Position numbers and translations under genes: made by a program. A stretch of DNA of 64,000 nucleotides from an uncultured Bacteroidaceae bacterium (GTDB lineage Bacteria > Bacteroidota > Bacteroidia > Bacteroidales > SM23-62): the NCBI GenBank assembly GCA_964420035.1, contig CAYQQR010000011.1, forward strand, positions 728 to 64,727, in the 5' to 3' direction. The notes under the pieces were generated by a model. It saw only the letters and a program-made list of their open reading frames with translations. It did not search any database and was not told the DNA's origin. Shown piece by piece: positions 8,544 to 18,548 of the stretch. Numbering within the stretch: the first letter of the stretch is position 1; each line of letters starts with the position of its first letter.

Positions 8544-9578
8544 ATGAAAGCTTTCAAACTCACCGGAATAAGGGAAATGGAGATGATGGAGGTCCCGGAC
8601 CCCGGGATAAAAAACAAACATGATGTACTGATCCGGATGAAGACCCTGGGGGTTTGCGGATCGGATATTCATTATTACACCACCGGTAAGATAGGCATGC
8701 AGGTGGTTCAATATCCTTTTACCGTGGGCCATGAAGGAGCGGGTGAGGTCATAGAAACGGGAGAGGCCGTAACCCGGGTCAGGCCCGGTGACAAGATTGC
8801 CATCGATCCCGCCATGCCCTGTCACCAGTGCGACCAATGCAGGGTGGGCCGCCGTCATACCTGCAGGAACCTGAAGTTCCTGGGGACCCCCGGCCAGGCT
8901 GAAGGCTGTCTTTCAGAATACATCGTGATGCCCGAAGATTCCTGTTATCCCATACATGCCAACCTGGATTACGATCATGCCGCGATATCCGAGCCGCTGG
9001 CCATAGGGGTATACGCGGTACAGCAATCCATTCATCTCCGGGGGACCGATGCAGGCATCCTGGGCTTCGGTCCCATCGGCATGAGTGTATTGTTACCTGC
9101 AAAGGCACAGGGTGCGAAAAGGATCTTTGTGACCGACAAGATTGATGAGCGGCTGGCCATCGCGAAAAAAGAAGGAGCTTACTGGACCGGTAACCCGGAC
9201 AAGGAGGATGTGGAAAAAGGGGTTGCGGGAAAAGAACCCCTCCTGCTGGATGTCGTATTCGAATGCTGCGGCCAGCAGGATGCCATCAACAATGCCATGA
9301 ACATACTGAAACCCGGCGGTAAGCTGATGATCATCGGCATACCGGAAACCGACAAATTATGGTTCCCGGTGGATACCATGCGGCACAAGGAGATCACCAT
9401 CACCAATGTACGCAGGCAGGTCGATTGCGTCCAGCCTTCCCTGGAGATGATGGCCAGCGGTAGCATCGATATCTCCAATATGCCTACCCACCGCTTCCCC
9501 TTCAAAGACACCCAGAAAGCCTTCGATCTGGTAGCGGGTTATAAAGATGGTGTAATGAAAGCGATGCTCGACTTTTAA
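8544..9578 (+). CDS. zinc-dependent polyol dehydrogenase (sorbitol/L-iditol dehydrogenase-like MDR)
   Basis: 344 aa with GVCGSDIHYY and GHEGAGEV Zn-ADH motifs. Divergent from the tal operon. Confidence 0.85.
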   Translation: MKAFKLTGIREMEMMEVPDPGIKNKHDVLIRMKTLGVCGSDIHYYTTGKIGMQVVQYPFTVGHEGAGEVIETGEAVTRVRPGDKIAIDPAMPCHQCDQCRVGRRHTCRNLKFLGTPGQAEGCLSEYIVMPEDSCYPIHANLDYDHAAISEPLAIGVYAVQQSIHLRGTDAGILGFGPIGMSVLLPAKAQGAKRIFVTDKIDERLAIAKKEGAYWTGNPDKEDVEKGVAGKEPLLLDVVFECCGQQDAINNAMNILKPGGKLMIIGIPETDKLWFPVDTMRHKEITITNVRRQVDCVQPSLEMMASGSIDISNMPTHRFPFKDTQKAFDLVAGYKDGVMKAMLDF

Positions 9579-9781
9579 TCGCTGCCACTGCCACTGCCAC
9601 TGCTGCTGCCATCTGACCTTCGTCCCAGCCAGAATGCAGCCGTGGCGAACCACAGCACCATTCCGCCGGCCATATAGAAGTTCAGCTGTTCCCAGCTGAT
9701 CGTTCCGTACCAGAGCAGAAAGGCCGGGACCAGGGTGAGCAGCAATCCGGCAACGGATAATATGATGAGCAGTGTTTTCAT
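9575..9781 (-). CDS. small two-helix membrane protein with Ser/Gly-rich tail, translationally coupled to the upstream permease
   Basis: 68 aa with two hydrophobic helices. Its ATG overlaps the permease TGA (ATGA at 9778-9781). The tail GSSSGSGSGSD is encoded by a CTGCCA x3 repeat (9582-9599). Confidence 0.55.
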   Translation of the reverse strand: MKTLLIILSVAGLLLTLVPAFLLWYGTISWEQLNFYMAGGMVLWFATAAFWLGRRSDGSSSGSGSGSD

Positions 9782-11166
9782 GTTTCGCGGGGAATTAAGC
9801 TTTTACGTTGAAACAGGGCGCTGAGTATGACAAACAGGATCAGCGACATGATCCATACGGGCGGTGACAGGAAGAACACCTGAACCCCGAAGGAAAGGTT
9901 CAGCAGGAGTGCCAGGGCCAGCATGAGGAACCAGGTCAGGCCGGCCGAGATACTGAACGTCGTTCCGATCTTTTCAGCGTAATACTGTGATAAACTAAAC
10001 TTCGGCAAGAGGTAATAATCCGCGAAGATAACCGCCCCCATGGGTACCAGTATCAGGCCGTAGAGAGCCACGAAATCGAGCAGTTTCATCACCAGCGCCG
10101 GGAACATGGCCGCCATGGTGGTAATGGCACCGGCCAGGAAAGTGACTTTCCAGCGTTTCCAGTTGGGACTGGCCACCTGCAGGGCCAGACCGGCCCGGTA
10201 GAGGGTGGGATTGGCGGTGGTCCATCCGGCGATCACCACGCAGATGGCCCCAGCCAGTCCGGCTGCCTGATAGGCAACAGGACCGGGCGCATCGCTGGTG
10301 GCCGCGGCATAGAGCATACCCGAGGCGATCCATGCAATATAATGTCCCAGGAACATTCCTACTGCCGAGGCAAATCCATAGTACCATTTTTTCGCGTATC
10401 GCAATATGGACAGGTCGGCCATCCCCAGGTGCATGGCCGCGTTGGCCAGCCAGGTAAAGAAGATCACGTGCCAGATGCTGAACTGGGCCTGGCCCTCCCT
10501 GGCCACACCAACCCAGATCTTTTCACGGGCCACCTGCCAGAAATTACTCAGGTCGGTCTCGACACCCAGCTTGGGAAAGGTCGCCACGGCCGCGGCTACA
10601 AAGATGAGGAACATCCAGGGGGCCGCTACCTTGGAAAAGCGTGCCAGGGTGTCGAAGCCCAGGATGGCAATGGTGGTGATCACCCCGCCGACAAAGATTA
10701 CAGTGACCACCCAGGCCATGCTGCTGGGATAGAAGTCGTTCAGTTCCGGCATGGGTATATTGAAAGGAATACCGACCGCCGTTGCTGAAACAGCCACCAT
10801 GGAACCTGCAAGGAAACAGAACATCAGGGCATTAACGATGTTGTAAATAAATACCAGCATGGGGCCGCATATCTTGCGCAGCTGCCAGTACAAGGAAAGC
10901 CGCTCCTTTACCGCGATGGGAGCCGTAAGAAAGGCCCAGCTGGCCACGGCCAGGAGGTTCCCGGTCAATCCTCCCAAAAACATGTCCCGGACGGTGACCC
11001 CGTGGGCAACGAAGAGGATGCCGATGACAAACTCGGTGCCGGCCACGTGTTCCCCGGCATACATGCCCAGGAAATTGCCGATGCTCTGGAGTTTATTCAG
11101 AGTAACCGGTTCCCTGTCAAATTCATACAGGCTGTCCAGTTTGCGGGTGATGGTGGAAACTTTCAT
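9778..11166 (-). CDS. 12-TM-type secondary transporter (NCS1/purine-cytosine-permease-like; family uncertain)
   Basis: Long hydrophobic ORF. I prefer the start at MKVSTITRK (11166) over the listed 11229, because the extra 21 residues are Cys/Phe-rich and look non-native. Confidence 0.65.
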   Translation of the reverse strand: MKVSTITRKLDSLYEFDREPVTLNKLQSIGNFLGMYAGEHVAGTEFVIGILFVAHGVTVRDMFLGGLTGNLLAVASWAFLTAPIAVKERLSLYWQLRKICGPMLVFIYNIVNALMFCFLAGSMVAVSATAVGIPFNIPMPELNDFYPSSMAWVVTVIFVGGVITTIAILGFDTLARFSKVAAPWMFLIFVAAAVATFPKLGVETDLSNFWQVAREKIWVGVAREGQAQFSIWHVIFFTWLANAAMHLGMADLSILRYAKKWYYGFASAVGMFLGHYIAWIASGMLYAAATSDAPGPVAYQAAGLAGAICVVIAGWTTANPTLYRAGLALQVASPNWKRWKVTFLAGAITTMAAMFPALVMKLLDFVALYGLILVPMGAVIFADYYLLPKFSLSQYYAEKIGTTFSISAGLTWFLMLALALLLNLSFGVQVFFLSPPVWIMSLILFVILSALFQRKSLIPRET

Positions 11167-11560
11167 GATCGCGGGATTGAAAAAGCAACACAATGATAGC
11201 AAAAAAACAAAGAAAGGGCCATGAAACAAACTTCATGATCCGATCCTTCTCATCTCATTTGAGTTTTTCAGCAGTAATACTTAAAGGGAATATATGAGCT
11301 AAAGGATAATTAAAATTAACCAATCATCTATATTTATAATATAAAAACCTAAATAGTGTTGTATAACATGATTTAACGCGTAAGGGATATTTATTTCGTA
11401 TTTGTAATATAATAACATCATAAATAAAATTAACATTCTATGCATTACTTGGTTAAGGCTTTAAGAAAATCGTTTCAAAATAGTTTTATTTTGACAGTAA
11501 AAAAAAATCTTTATTTTAGTCTACTGTTTAACTCAATTATTAACTAAAAACTGTTTAATT

Positions 11561-12718
11561 ATGAGAAAACTTTACACGTTACTTGCAGCTTTGATCTTTT
11601 CAGCTGCAAGCTTTGCACAGATCGGGCCAAGCTGGTGGCAGATGCTGCCCGAGGACTATGACACCAATCCCCCTGACCGGGATACGGTCATGATCCAGAA
11701 GGTGCCCAACGACTATGTGGACAATGCCGCTTCACTGGCTGCCATATGGGATGCAGGGGTATCCGAGATTATTCCCATTGACAACAACACCAACGGTGAA
11801 TGCAACACCTCGGGAGATGCCGATTACAAAGGTGATGCCATGATCTTCTTTGACGACACCAACATTTATGTGTTGTTCAATGCCAATGATGAGGATCTGG
11901 TCGCCAATGACAAGGCAGAGATCCACCTGGCTCCCTATGAAAGCCAGTATGATTATGACGGTGAGCTTGTCGCTCCCAATGACCCCATGACCTTTGGTGG
12001 CAGGGAGATACCAAGCGCAACCTACGTTGATATGGCATTATACGGAAGCTGGACCTCAGCGGGTGCATACAAAACCGAATATGCCCTTGAAACTGCCGAG
12101 GATATCTATCCGGGCAGCCCGGTGTACTCCCTCATTGACGGCGGTGAAAATGCCGACACCCTGGGTGACGTGAGCATGGGGAACACCCATGAGCCGGTTA
12201 ACACACTGTTTGCTGCCAAGACCGGAGGATATCATTTCCTCATCATTTATCCCGTGGCCATGTTCAACGGTACCGTTCCGGATCCCACTGATCTGCCCGG
12301 CATGAGCATTGCCGTTAAGCTGAATGACTCAGACAGCGACGATGCCGACTGCGATGATCCGCCGGATGACAAGGCTGACCGGGCTGAATTCTGGGGTGCA
12401 ACCACAGGTGACCACAACAATGCTTACTGGGCCATTGGTTACTATGGCGGTTACGGTCAGTTCAATTTCACCGTTCTGAGCAACCGGGCTCCCATGGACA
12501 ACAGCCGGGTGAATGCATACTATCACAATGGTTTCCTGAAACTTCAGGGTGCTGAATTTGTCAAAAACCTGGACGTTTACAGTGTTACCGGAGCACGTAT
12601 GCTCAGTGCAAGCCATCCGGGTTCCAATGTAAGCCTGGCACACCTCAGCAAGGGTGTGTACCTGGTGAAAATTACCGAGGAAAACGGTAATGTCACCACT
12701 TTGAAGATCGCCAGGTAA
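11561..12718 (+). CDS. secreted CBM9/DOMON-like carbohydrate-binding protein with T9SS C-terminal sorting domain
   Basis: Signal peptide MRKLYTLLAALIFSAASFAQ. DAMIFFDDTNIYVLFNANDEDL is CBM9-like. The C-terminus LDVYSVTGARML...KGVYLVKITEENGNVTTLKIAR is a Por/T9SS CTD. Confidence 0.8.
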   Translation: MRKLYTLLAALIFSAASFAQIGPSWWQMLPEDYDTNPPDRDTVMIQKVPNDYVDNAASLAAIWDAGVSEIIPIDNNTNGECNTSGDADYKGDAMIFFDDTNIYVLFNANDEDLVANDKAEIHLAPYESQYDYDGELVAPNDPMTFGGREIPSATYVDMALYGSWTSAGAYKTEYALETAEDIYPGSPVYSLIDGGENADTLGDVSMGNTHEPVNTLFAAKTGGYHFLIIYPVAMFNGTVPDPTDLPGMSIAVKLNDSDSDDADCDDPPDDKADRAEFWGATTGDHNNAYWAIGYYGGYGQFNFTVLSNRAPMDNSRVNAYYHNGFLKLQGAEFVKNLDVYSVTGARMLSASHPGSNVSLAHLSKGVYLVKITEENGNVTTLKIAR

Positions 12719-12738
12719 ATTATTTAAACAGCATTAAA

Positions 12739-12768
12739 GGCAGCGGTGTTCCGCTGCCTTTTTTTTTA
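12739..12768 (+). terminator. rho-independent terminator
   Basis: GGCAGCGG-tgtt-CCGCTGCC followed by a T9 run, 21 nt after the stop codon. Confidence 0.8.
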
Positions 12769-12962
12769 TTTAGAAAGTATTAAGAATATCTTTTGTTTCA
12801 TCCCGCCTGATATCGGCTCAATCCGGGGATCGTAATAAGGGATGCATGCAATTAACTTGTATATTATTTAAATTTTTAGAAATTTTATCCTTGGCTTTCG
12901 GAAATCCGGTCATCTAATAACAAAACACGAACAACTCAATTACTAACCAAACACCATCGAAC

Positions 12963-15900
12963 ATGAGACATTTTTATCCATTGAGCAATTCAGGCCTGCG
13001 AATATTGCTGGCCTGTATTCTGCTCTTCATGTCTTCCTTCGGCCTGATGGCCCAGCGGACCGTCACGGGTAAACTGACCGATGCCTCGGACGGTTCCCCC
13101 CTGATCGGTGCCTCTGTCTTTATCAAGGGGACCACCCAGGGTACCGTGACCAACCTGGACGGCCAGTACAGCCTGCAGGTCAGCGGTCCGGATGATGTGA
13201 TCGTATACCAGTACCTGGGCTATATAGCCCGGGAAATACAGGTGGGCGACCAGACCACCATTGACGTGGCCCTGGTCCCTGATGTAGAGGAGCTGGAAGA
13301 AGTGGTCGTGATCGGCTACGGTACGGTAAAAAAGTCTGACCTGACCGGTGCCGTAGCCGTTGTAAATTCAGAAGATGTTGAACGATCCAACCTGACCAGC
13401 CTGAGTAAGGCATTGCAGGGGAAAGCCTCCGGTGTAGTGATCTCCAATACCAGCGGACGACCGGGATCGGGTGTTTCCATCCGGGTCAGAGGGGTCGGCT
13501 CCATCAACCGGAGCGGCCAGCCCCTGATCGTTGTGGACGGAATACCCGGAGGCGGCAGCCTGGATGAACTGCATCCCGAGGATATCGAGTCCATCCAGAT
13601 CCTCAAAGATGCTTCGGCAACAGCTATCTACGGTGCCGACGGTTCTAACGGGGTGATCCTGGTAGAGACTAAGAAGGGAACCCAGTCCAAACCCCGGATA
13701 TCCTTCAGGGGCAACCTTGGCTTTTCCAACATTCCCAGAATGAAGGATATCATGAGTGCCGATGAATATGCCCAATATTATAAGGAGGCCTATGACTACT
13801 TCAATGCCACGCACCCCTTAACTCCGACAGACATGCCTCCGGCCTATACGGATGAAAGGCGTGCGGAATTTGGTTATGTGAATACCGACTGGCAGGACCT
13901 GATCACCGTGGAGAACGCCATGAGCCAGAACTATTATCTGGGGGTCTCCGGCGGAAATGACCAGGCAACCTACCGGATCTCCGGAAATTATGTGGATGAG
14001 GAAGGTATATTGATCACATCCTGGCGTGAAATGTTCACCTTAAAAGTGAACAGTGACCTGAAGATCGGAGATAAGTTGAGGATAGGTGAGACTTTTTCCT
14101 ATACCACGAGAAAAGGAAGAAATGAGAACCCGGGACAGGGAAATCCTTGGGTGATGTCTGCCATCGCCTCCCCCCTGATGCCTGTTTATAATGATACAGC
14201 CAAGGGCGGATATCAGGGACCGGATGAGTATATAACCGGTAGAAATGAACGCACCAACACCTATGCCGAACTCAATTTACGGGAACAACTTTATGAAGGG
14301 AACAGCTTTAATGCAAGCATGTACGGAGAATACGATATCATTAAAGGACTGACCTTCAAAACCACCCTGGGTATTATATTCCATGACGGACGGAACACCA
14401 ACTGGCTGCCCCGCTATGAACTGGCCCAGAGGAGTAATCCGGAAGCCAGTCTGCAGGAAAGCTCCAACCGTTACCGGAAATATGTATGGGACCAGCAACT
14501 GACCTATTCCAATACTCTTGGAAAGCATAGCTTCACCGCCACGGCGGTGCATTCCATGCAGGATGCCTTCAGTAATTATATCTCAGCAACCGCCAGGGAA
14601 TTTGAAAGAGAATATCTGCGAACGCTCAGAAACGGCAACCCCGAAAATTCGGCGGTCCAGCAATTCAAAACCCCGGACCGCTTCGATTCCTACCTGGCCA
14701 GACTGATCTACGATTATGACAGCAAATATTTCCTTACAGCCAGTATACGCCGGGACGGGTCATCCCGCTTCGGACCGACCAACCGCTGGGGTAACTTTCC
14801 TTCTTTTTCCCTTGCCTGGAAGGTCAATGAAGATTTCTTCCAAAATGTCGGATGGCTGAATATGCTTAAAGTACGCGCCGGTTGGGGACAAACGGGTAAC
14901 TCCGATATCGGGACCTTCGTGTATGATGCCACCATCAGTACGGCAGCCGAACATGTCTATACCCTTGGACTGGATCAACATCCCGTATTCGGTGCTGCCC
15001 CATTCTATAACATCCCCTCCCCCAATGTAAAATGGGAAGCATCCACCATGATCAATGTAGGTACGGATATGAACCTCTTTGGAAACAGGCTGCAGTTTTC
15101 CGGGGAGTATTATTACAAAAAACAGGACGAACTGCTGGTACAGCTCCCCCTGCCCCTGCTCTCGGGAATGTCGGGAGACGCAACCCCACCCTGGGTCAAC
15201 CTGGGTGAGATCCATAACACCGGGATTGAATTCAACCTGATGTATAAGGACCGGATCGGGGATTTCTCCTATGATATCAGTGCCAACTTCACCACCATCA
15301 AGAATGTGGTGGATTACCTGCCGGCCGGGGATATCATCCGGGATTACAATACGGCCATCGTGGGTAATTCCATCGGAGCCATATATGGCTATGTAGCAGA
15401 AAGGATACTGCAGCTGGATGATTTTGAACTGGATGAGAACGGCGATCCCATCCAGGACCCGAAAAACCAGCAATATTTCATTAAAGGACCTAAACAAGAA
15501 GATTTGACGGCCCCCGGTGATATCAAATTTAAGGATTTAAATAAGGACGGGATCGTGAATGAATCGGACCGGACCATCATCGGGAAGGTGATCCCCGACT
15601 TTACCTTTGGTTTGAACATCAATGCATATTACAAGGGTTTCGACCTGAATTTATTCTTTAACGGTGTTCAGAATATCGATGTTTATAACCAGTACCAGTC
15701 ACGGGCCGGCCTGGCTTCCGGGGACAATACCAGCAAGGATGAGAATAAGCTCAGAGAAGTACAGAACTACTGGACCCCTGATAATCCGGTGACTGACCAG
15801 ACAAGGATCTCCATTACCGATGAGAATTTCAACGGCCGGATCTCTTCCTGGTGGCTTGAAGATGCCTCCTTCCTGAGACTTCAGGACATCACCCTGGGAT

Positions 15901-16103
15901 ATACCATCCCCCAGAGGATAACCAATGCCACCGGTATCGGGAGCTTCAGAATATATGCAGGAGCGGTTAACCTGATTACCCTTACGGGGTATAAAGGCTA
16001 TGACCCGGAAGTGGTATCCACGAATATTCTGAATACCAATATCGACAGTGGTAACTATCCGGTACCCAGGACATTCCTGTTTGGGGTAACCGCAGACTTT
16101 TAA
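12963..16103 (+). CDS. SusC/RagA-family TonB-dependent outer-membrane transporter
   Basis: 1046 aa. The N-terminal carboxypeptidase-regulatory-like domain is TVTGKLTDASDGSPLIGASVFIKGTTQGTVTNLDGQYSL, followed by a plug region EEVVVIGYGTVKKSDLTGAV. The protein ends in a C-terminal aromatic residue (F). Confidence 0.95.
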   Translation: MRHFYPLSNSGLRILLACILLFMSSFGLMAQRTVTGKLTDASDGSPLIGASVFIKGTTQGTVTNLDGQYSLQVSGPDDVIVYQYLGYIAREIQVGDQTTIDVALVPDVEELEEVVVIGYGTVKKSDLTGAVAVVNSEDVERSNLTSLSKALQGKASGVVISNTSGRPGSGVSIRVRGVGSINRSGQPLIVVDGIPGGGSLDELHPEDIESIQILKDASATAIYGADGSNGVILVETKKGTQSKPRISFRGNLGFSNIPRMKDIMSADEYAQYYKEAYDYFNATHPLTPTDMPPAYTDERRAEFGYVNTDWQDLITVENAMSQNYYLGVSGGNDQATYRISGNYVDEEGILITSWREMFTLKVNSDLKIGDKLRIGETFSYTTRKGRNENPGQGNPWVMSAIASPLMPVYNDTAKGGYQGPDEYITGRNERTNTYAELNLREQLYEGNSFNASMYGEYDIIKGLTFKTTLGIIFHDGRNTNWLPRYELAQRSNPEASLQESSNRYRKYVWDQQLTYSNTLGKHSFTATAVHSMQDAFSNYISATAREFEREYLRTLRNGNPENSAVQQFKTPDRFDSYLARLIYDYDSKYFLTASIRRDGSSRFGPTNRWGNFPSFSLAWKVNEDFFQNVGWLNMLKVRAGWGQTGNSDIGTFVYDATISTAAEHVYTLGLDQHPVFGAAPFYNIPSPNVKWEASTMINVGTDMNLFGNRLQFSGEYYYKKQDELLVQLPLPLLSGMSGDATPPWVNLGEIHNTGIEFNLMYKDRIGDFSYDISANFTTIKNVVDYLPAGDIIRDYNTAIVGNSIGAIYGYVAERILQLDDFELDENGDPIQDPKNQQYFIKGPKQEDLTAPGDIKFKDLNKDGIVNESDRTIIGKVIPDFTFGLNINAYYKGFDLNLFFNGVQNIDVYNQYQSRAGLASGDNTSKDENKLREVQNYWTPDNPVTDQTRISITDENFNGRISSWWLEDASFLRLQDITLGYTIPQRITNATGIGSFRIYAGAVNLITLTGYKGYDPEVVSTNILNTNIDSGNYPVPRTFLFGVTADF

Positions 16104-16133
16104 CGGACCGGAACAAGATAAAAAGCAATACCA

Positions 16134-17738
16134 ATGAAATATATAAAGCTAATATCCATCGTTCTGGCATTCATCCTGGCCCAGGCCTGTTCGGAAGATT
16201 TCCTGGAAGTGGAGAATGTCAATAACCTGTCTGCAGAGAACTTCTACCAGACGGAACTGGATTTCGACCAACTCCTGATCACTTGTTACATGCCCCTGGC
16301 ATTCAGCAATCTGTATGGAGTAGACCTGCACGTCCTGCAGTATGCCCTGGACGACCGTGTGATCCATGAGCAATTCAATACGCAGAACCTGCAGTTCGAT
16401 GCAACCAACGGATCGGTTCAAAATCATTATTACGGCATCTATACCGGGATATACCGCTGCAATCTTTTCCTGGACCGGTTCAAGCCGGAAGTGATCACCA
16501 GCGACCCGGGAAAAGCTGCCGAAATGGAGGCACAGGCCCATTTCCTGAGGGGCTTGTATTACTGGTACGCCGCATACTGGTTTGAAGTCTCCCCTTTGCT
16601 GCGCGAACCCTACGTACCCAATACCCTTTATCCCAATTCGACGCAGGATTCCCTGTATGCCTTTGCTGAACAGGAGATGCAATTATCCATCGACGACCTG
16701 CCCGTGCAATGGGAGGATGCCAACGTGGGCCGGATCACACAGGGTGCTGCTAAGGCCTTCCTTGCCAAACTGTACATGTACAGGCAGGATGAAGGCGACT
16801 GGGCCAAAGCCGAACAGCTGCTCGGTGAGATCATCAGCAGTGGCAATTATGCCTTGAATATGCCCAAGGGAACAGACTCCCTGGATTATGTCTTTGCCTT
16901 CCTGGCCAATTTCTCCCATATGGACATGCCCGCGGGAAACGGAAATGTTTATGATTCGGAACATAATTCCGAGTATATGTTCGATGTGGAATTCGAATAC
17001 GGCTATATCGTTCAACGCTACCTGCCGGGAAGAAGGTCGACAGGATCAAATATAAGCTGGTACAACTCCATATTCGGCGGATTTAAGAACATTGCCATCA
17101 ACGATGATGTCTTTCCGGATGAGTTCGAGGAACCCGCCGGCCATCCTGCAGGATTGAAAAAGGATCCGCGCTATTATGCCACTTTCTGGTGGGTAGGTGA
17201 TACGGTGGATTTCCGTGATGACTCGCCAAAACGCTATGAGGTGATCAAGGAAAGTGACCTGAACTCTTCGCTGGGAAGCAGGGCCATGATCCGGAAATAC
17301 TATTATCCCCCGCATATCAAAATTGGAGACCAGTATTCACTGGCTCCCTACGCCGACCCGACCAACTGGAGGCTGATGCGCTATGCCGACGTATTGTTGC
17401 TCTATGCAGAAGCCATCCTCAGGCAGGCCGGTGGTGTGTCCACCAACGACGCGGATGCCCTGGCGGCTTTCAACCAGGTAAGGACCCGGGCCGGTATGCC
17501 CACCCTTCCCGAGATTACCGGAGACGATATTATCCATGAAAGGGATATCGAGTTTGCCGGGGAACATCAACGTTACTGGGACCTGGTGCGCTGGTACAAG
17601 AGTGGTTGGATGACCATCGAGGAAGTGCGGCAATATAAGCCCCTGTTCCAGGAAAGGCACGTTTGTCTGCCCATTCCATTGAAAGAGATCAACAATTTCC
17701 AGGGTGTTTTGAAACAGAATGAAAAATGGTTAAATTAA
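16134..17738 (+). CDS. SusD/RagB-family nutrient-binding outer-membrane lipoprotein
   Basis: 534 aa. Lipobox LAQAC, followed by SEDFLEVENVN, and a C-terminal EHQRYWDLVRWYK motif. Lies immediately downstream of SusC. Confidence 0.95.
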   Translation: MKYIKLISIVLAFILAQACSEDFLEVENVNNLSAENFYQTELDFDQLLITCYMPLAFSNLYGVDLHVLQYALDDRVIHEQFNTQNLQFDATNGSVQNHYYGIYTGIYRCNLFLDRFKPEVITSDPGKAAEMEAQAHFLRGLYYWYAAYWFEVSPLLREPYVPNTLYPNSTQDSLYAFAEQEMQLSIDDLPVQWEDANVGRITQGAAKAFLAKLYMYRQDEGDWAKAEQLLGEIISSGNYALNMPKGTDSLDYVFAFLANFSHMDMPAGNGNVYDSEHNSEYMFDVEFEYGYIVQRYLPGRRSTGSNISWYNSIFGGFKNIAINDDVFPDEFEEPAGHPAGLKKDPRYYATFWWVGDTVDFRDDSPKRYEVIKESDLNSSLGSRAMIRKYYYPPHIKIGDQYSLAPYADPTNWRLMRYADVLLLYAEAILRQAGGVSTNDADALAAFNQVRTRAGMPTLPEITGDDIIHERDIEFAGEHQRYWDLVRWYKSGWMTIEEVRQYKPLFQERHVCLPIPLKEINNFQGVLKQNEKWLN

Positions 17739-17758
17739 TAACGCAAAAACAAGATAAA

Positions 17759-18430
17759 ATGGGAAAGCTAATCTTAAGTCTTTTGGCTTTAGTTGTAGTG
17801 ACAGCATCTTGCACCAAAGAACCTGCTGTCCTTGAGGGATTTAATATCACTGCAAGTGCCACCGACATTATTGCCGGAGATGCCATTACTTTTACGATTG
17901 AAGGAGAAATGGATTTCCTGACCTTCTTCAACGGTCAGCCCGGCAATCAATGGTTGGAGTACCCGGTGGACAAAGGCAAGGTGATCAACCTGGCCACTGC
18001 CGGGGAGTATACGCAAACCTATCAGATCCATGGTACCTGGACCGCCACTTTCGTGGCTTCCAGCTATGGAAACTGGTCGGAAGATGAGCAGGTGGAAACC
18101 AGGGAATTCACCATCACCGTCACCGATAACCGCACCAATGTTCTGGATTGTGATTTCATTATTGGGTCCCTCATCTCCTCTGCCACTTATGAAGGCGTGA
18201 TCGATGAAGAATCGAACCTCGTTACCGGCACCGTTCCATCTGATGAGAAGGTGACCAATGTGAAGATCAACTTCACCCTCGAGTCACCCTATGCCGAGAT
18301 TACCGTTGGTGGAGAGCCCTTTGTCAACAATGAGCAAAAGGTTGATCTGACCAATCCCCTGGTCTTTACCATCACCTCACCCGACGGGTCTTCGGAAGAT
18401 TGGACCCTTCAGTTGATCAAGCAGGACTAA
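17759..18430 (+). CDS. PUL-associated surface lipoprotein (SusE/F position), unknown fold
   Basis: I chose the start at MGKLILSLLALVVVTASC (lipobox). The listed start at 17726 overlaps the end of susD. Confidence 0.7.
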   Translation: MGKLILSLLALVVVTASCTKEPAVLEGFNITASATDIIAGDAITFTIEGEMDFLTFFNGQPGNQWLEYPVDKGKVINLATAGEYTQTYQIHGTWTATFVASSYGNWSEDEQVETREFTITVTDNRTNVLDCDFIIGSLISSATYEGVIDEESNLVTGTVPSDEKVTNVKINFTLESPYAEITVGGEPFVNNEQKVDLTNPLVFTITSPDGSSEDWTLQLIKQD

Positions 18431-18455
18431 TTATCGGATGGAACTCAACGAATCA

Positions 18456-18493
18456 ACAGGGGCACCGGATATTTCTCCGCCCCTGTTTTTTTT
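18456..18493 (+). terminator. rho-independent terminator
   Basis: ACAGGGGC (18456-18463) pairs with GCCCCTGT (18479-18486), with a 15-nt loop and a following T8 run. Confidence 0.7.
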
Positions 18494-18548
18494 CGGTTCA
18501 TCCGGAAATCTCTAACTTTGTTCAGCAGGAACTTAAGCCGGAGCGGGA

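Noticed and set aside
11167-11229. N-terminal extension of the permease (MFHGPFFVFLLSLCCFFNPAI)
   Set aside because: It is an unlikely leader for a polytopic transporter. The MKVSTITRK start is more typical. This remains uncertain without homologue alignment.
14760-15497. 245-aa minus-strand ORF inside susC
   Set aside because: It is an antisense shadow of an unambiguous SusC-family gene. Similar shadows were also dismissed at 21358..22050, 24167..24859, 27854..28489, 51938..52705, 45640..46221 and 60176..60757.
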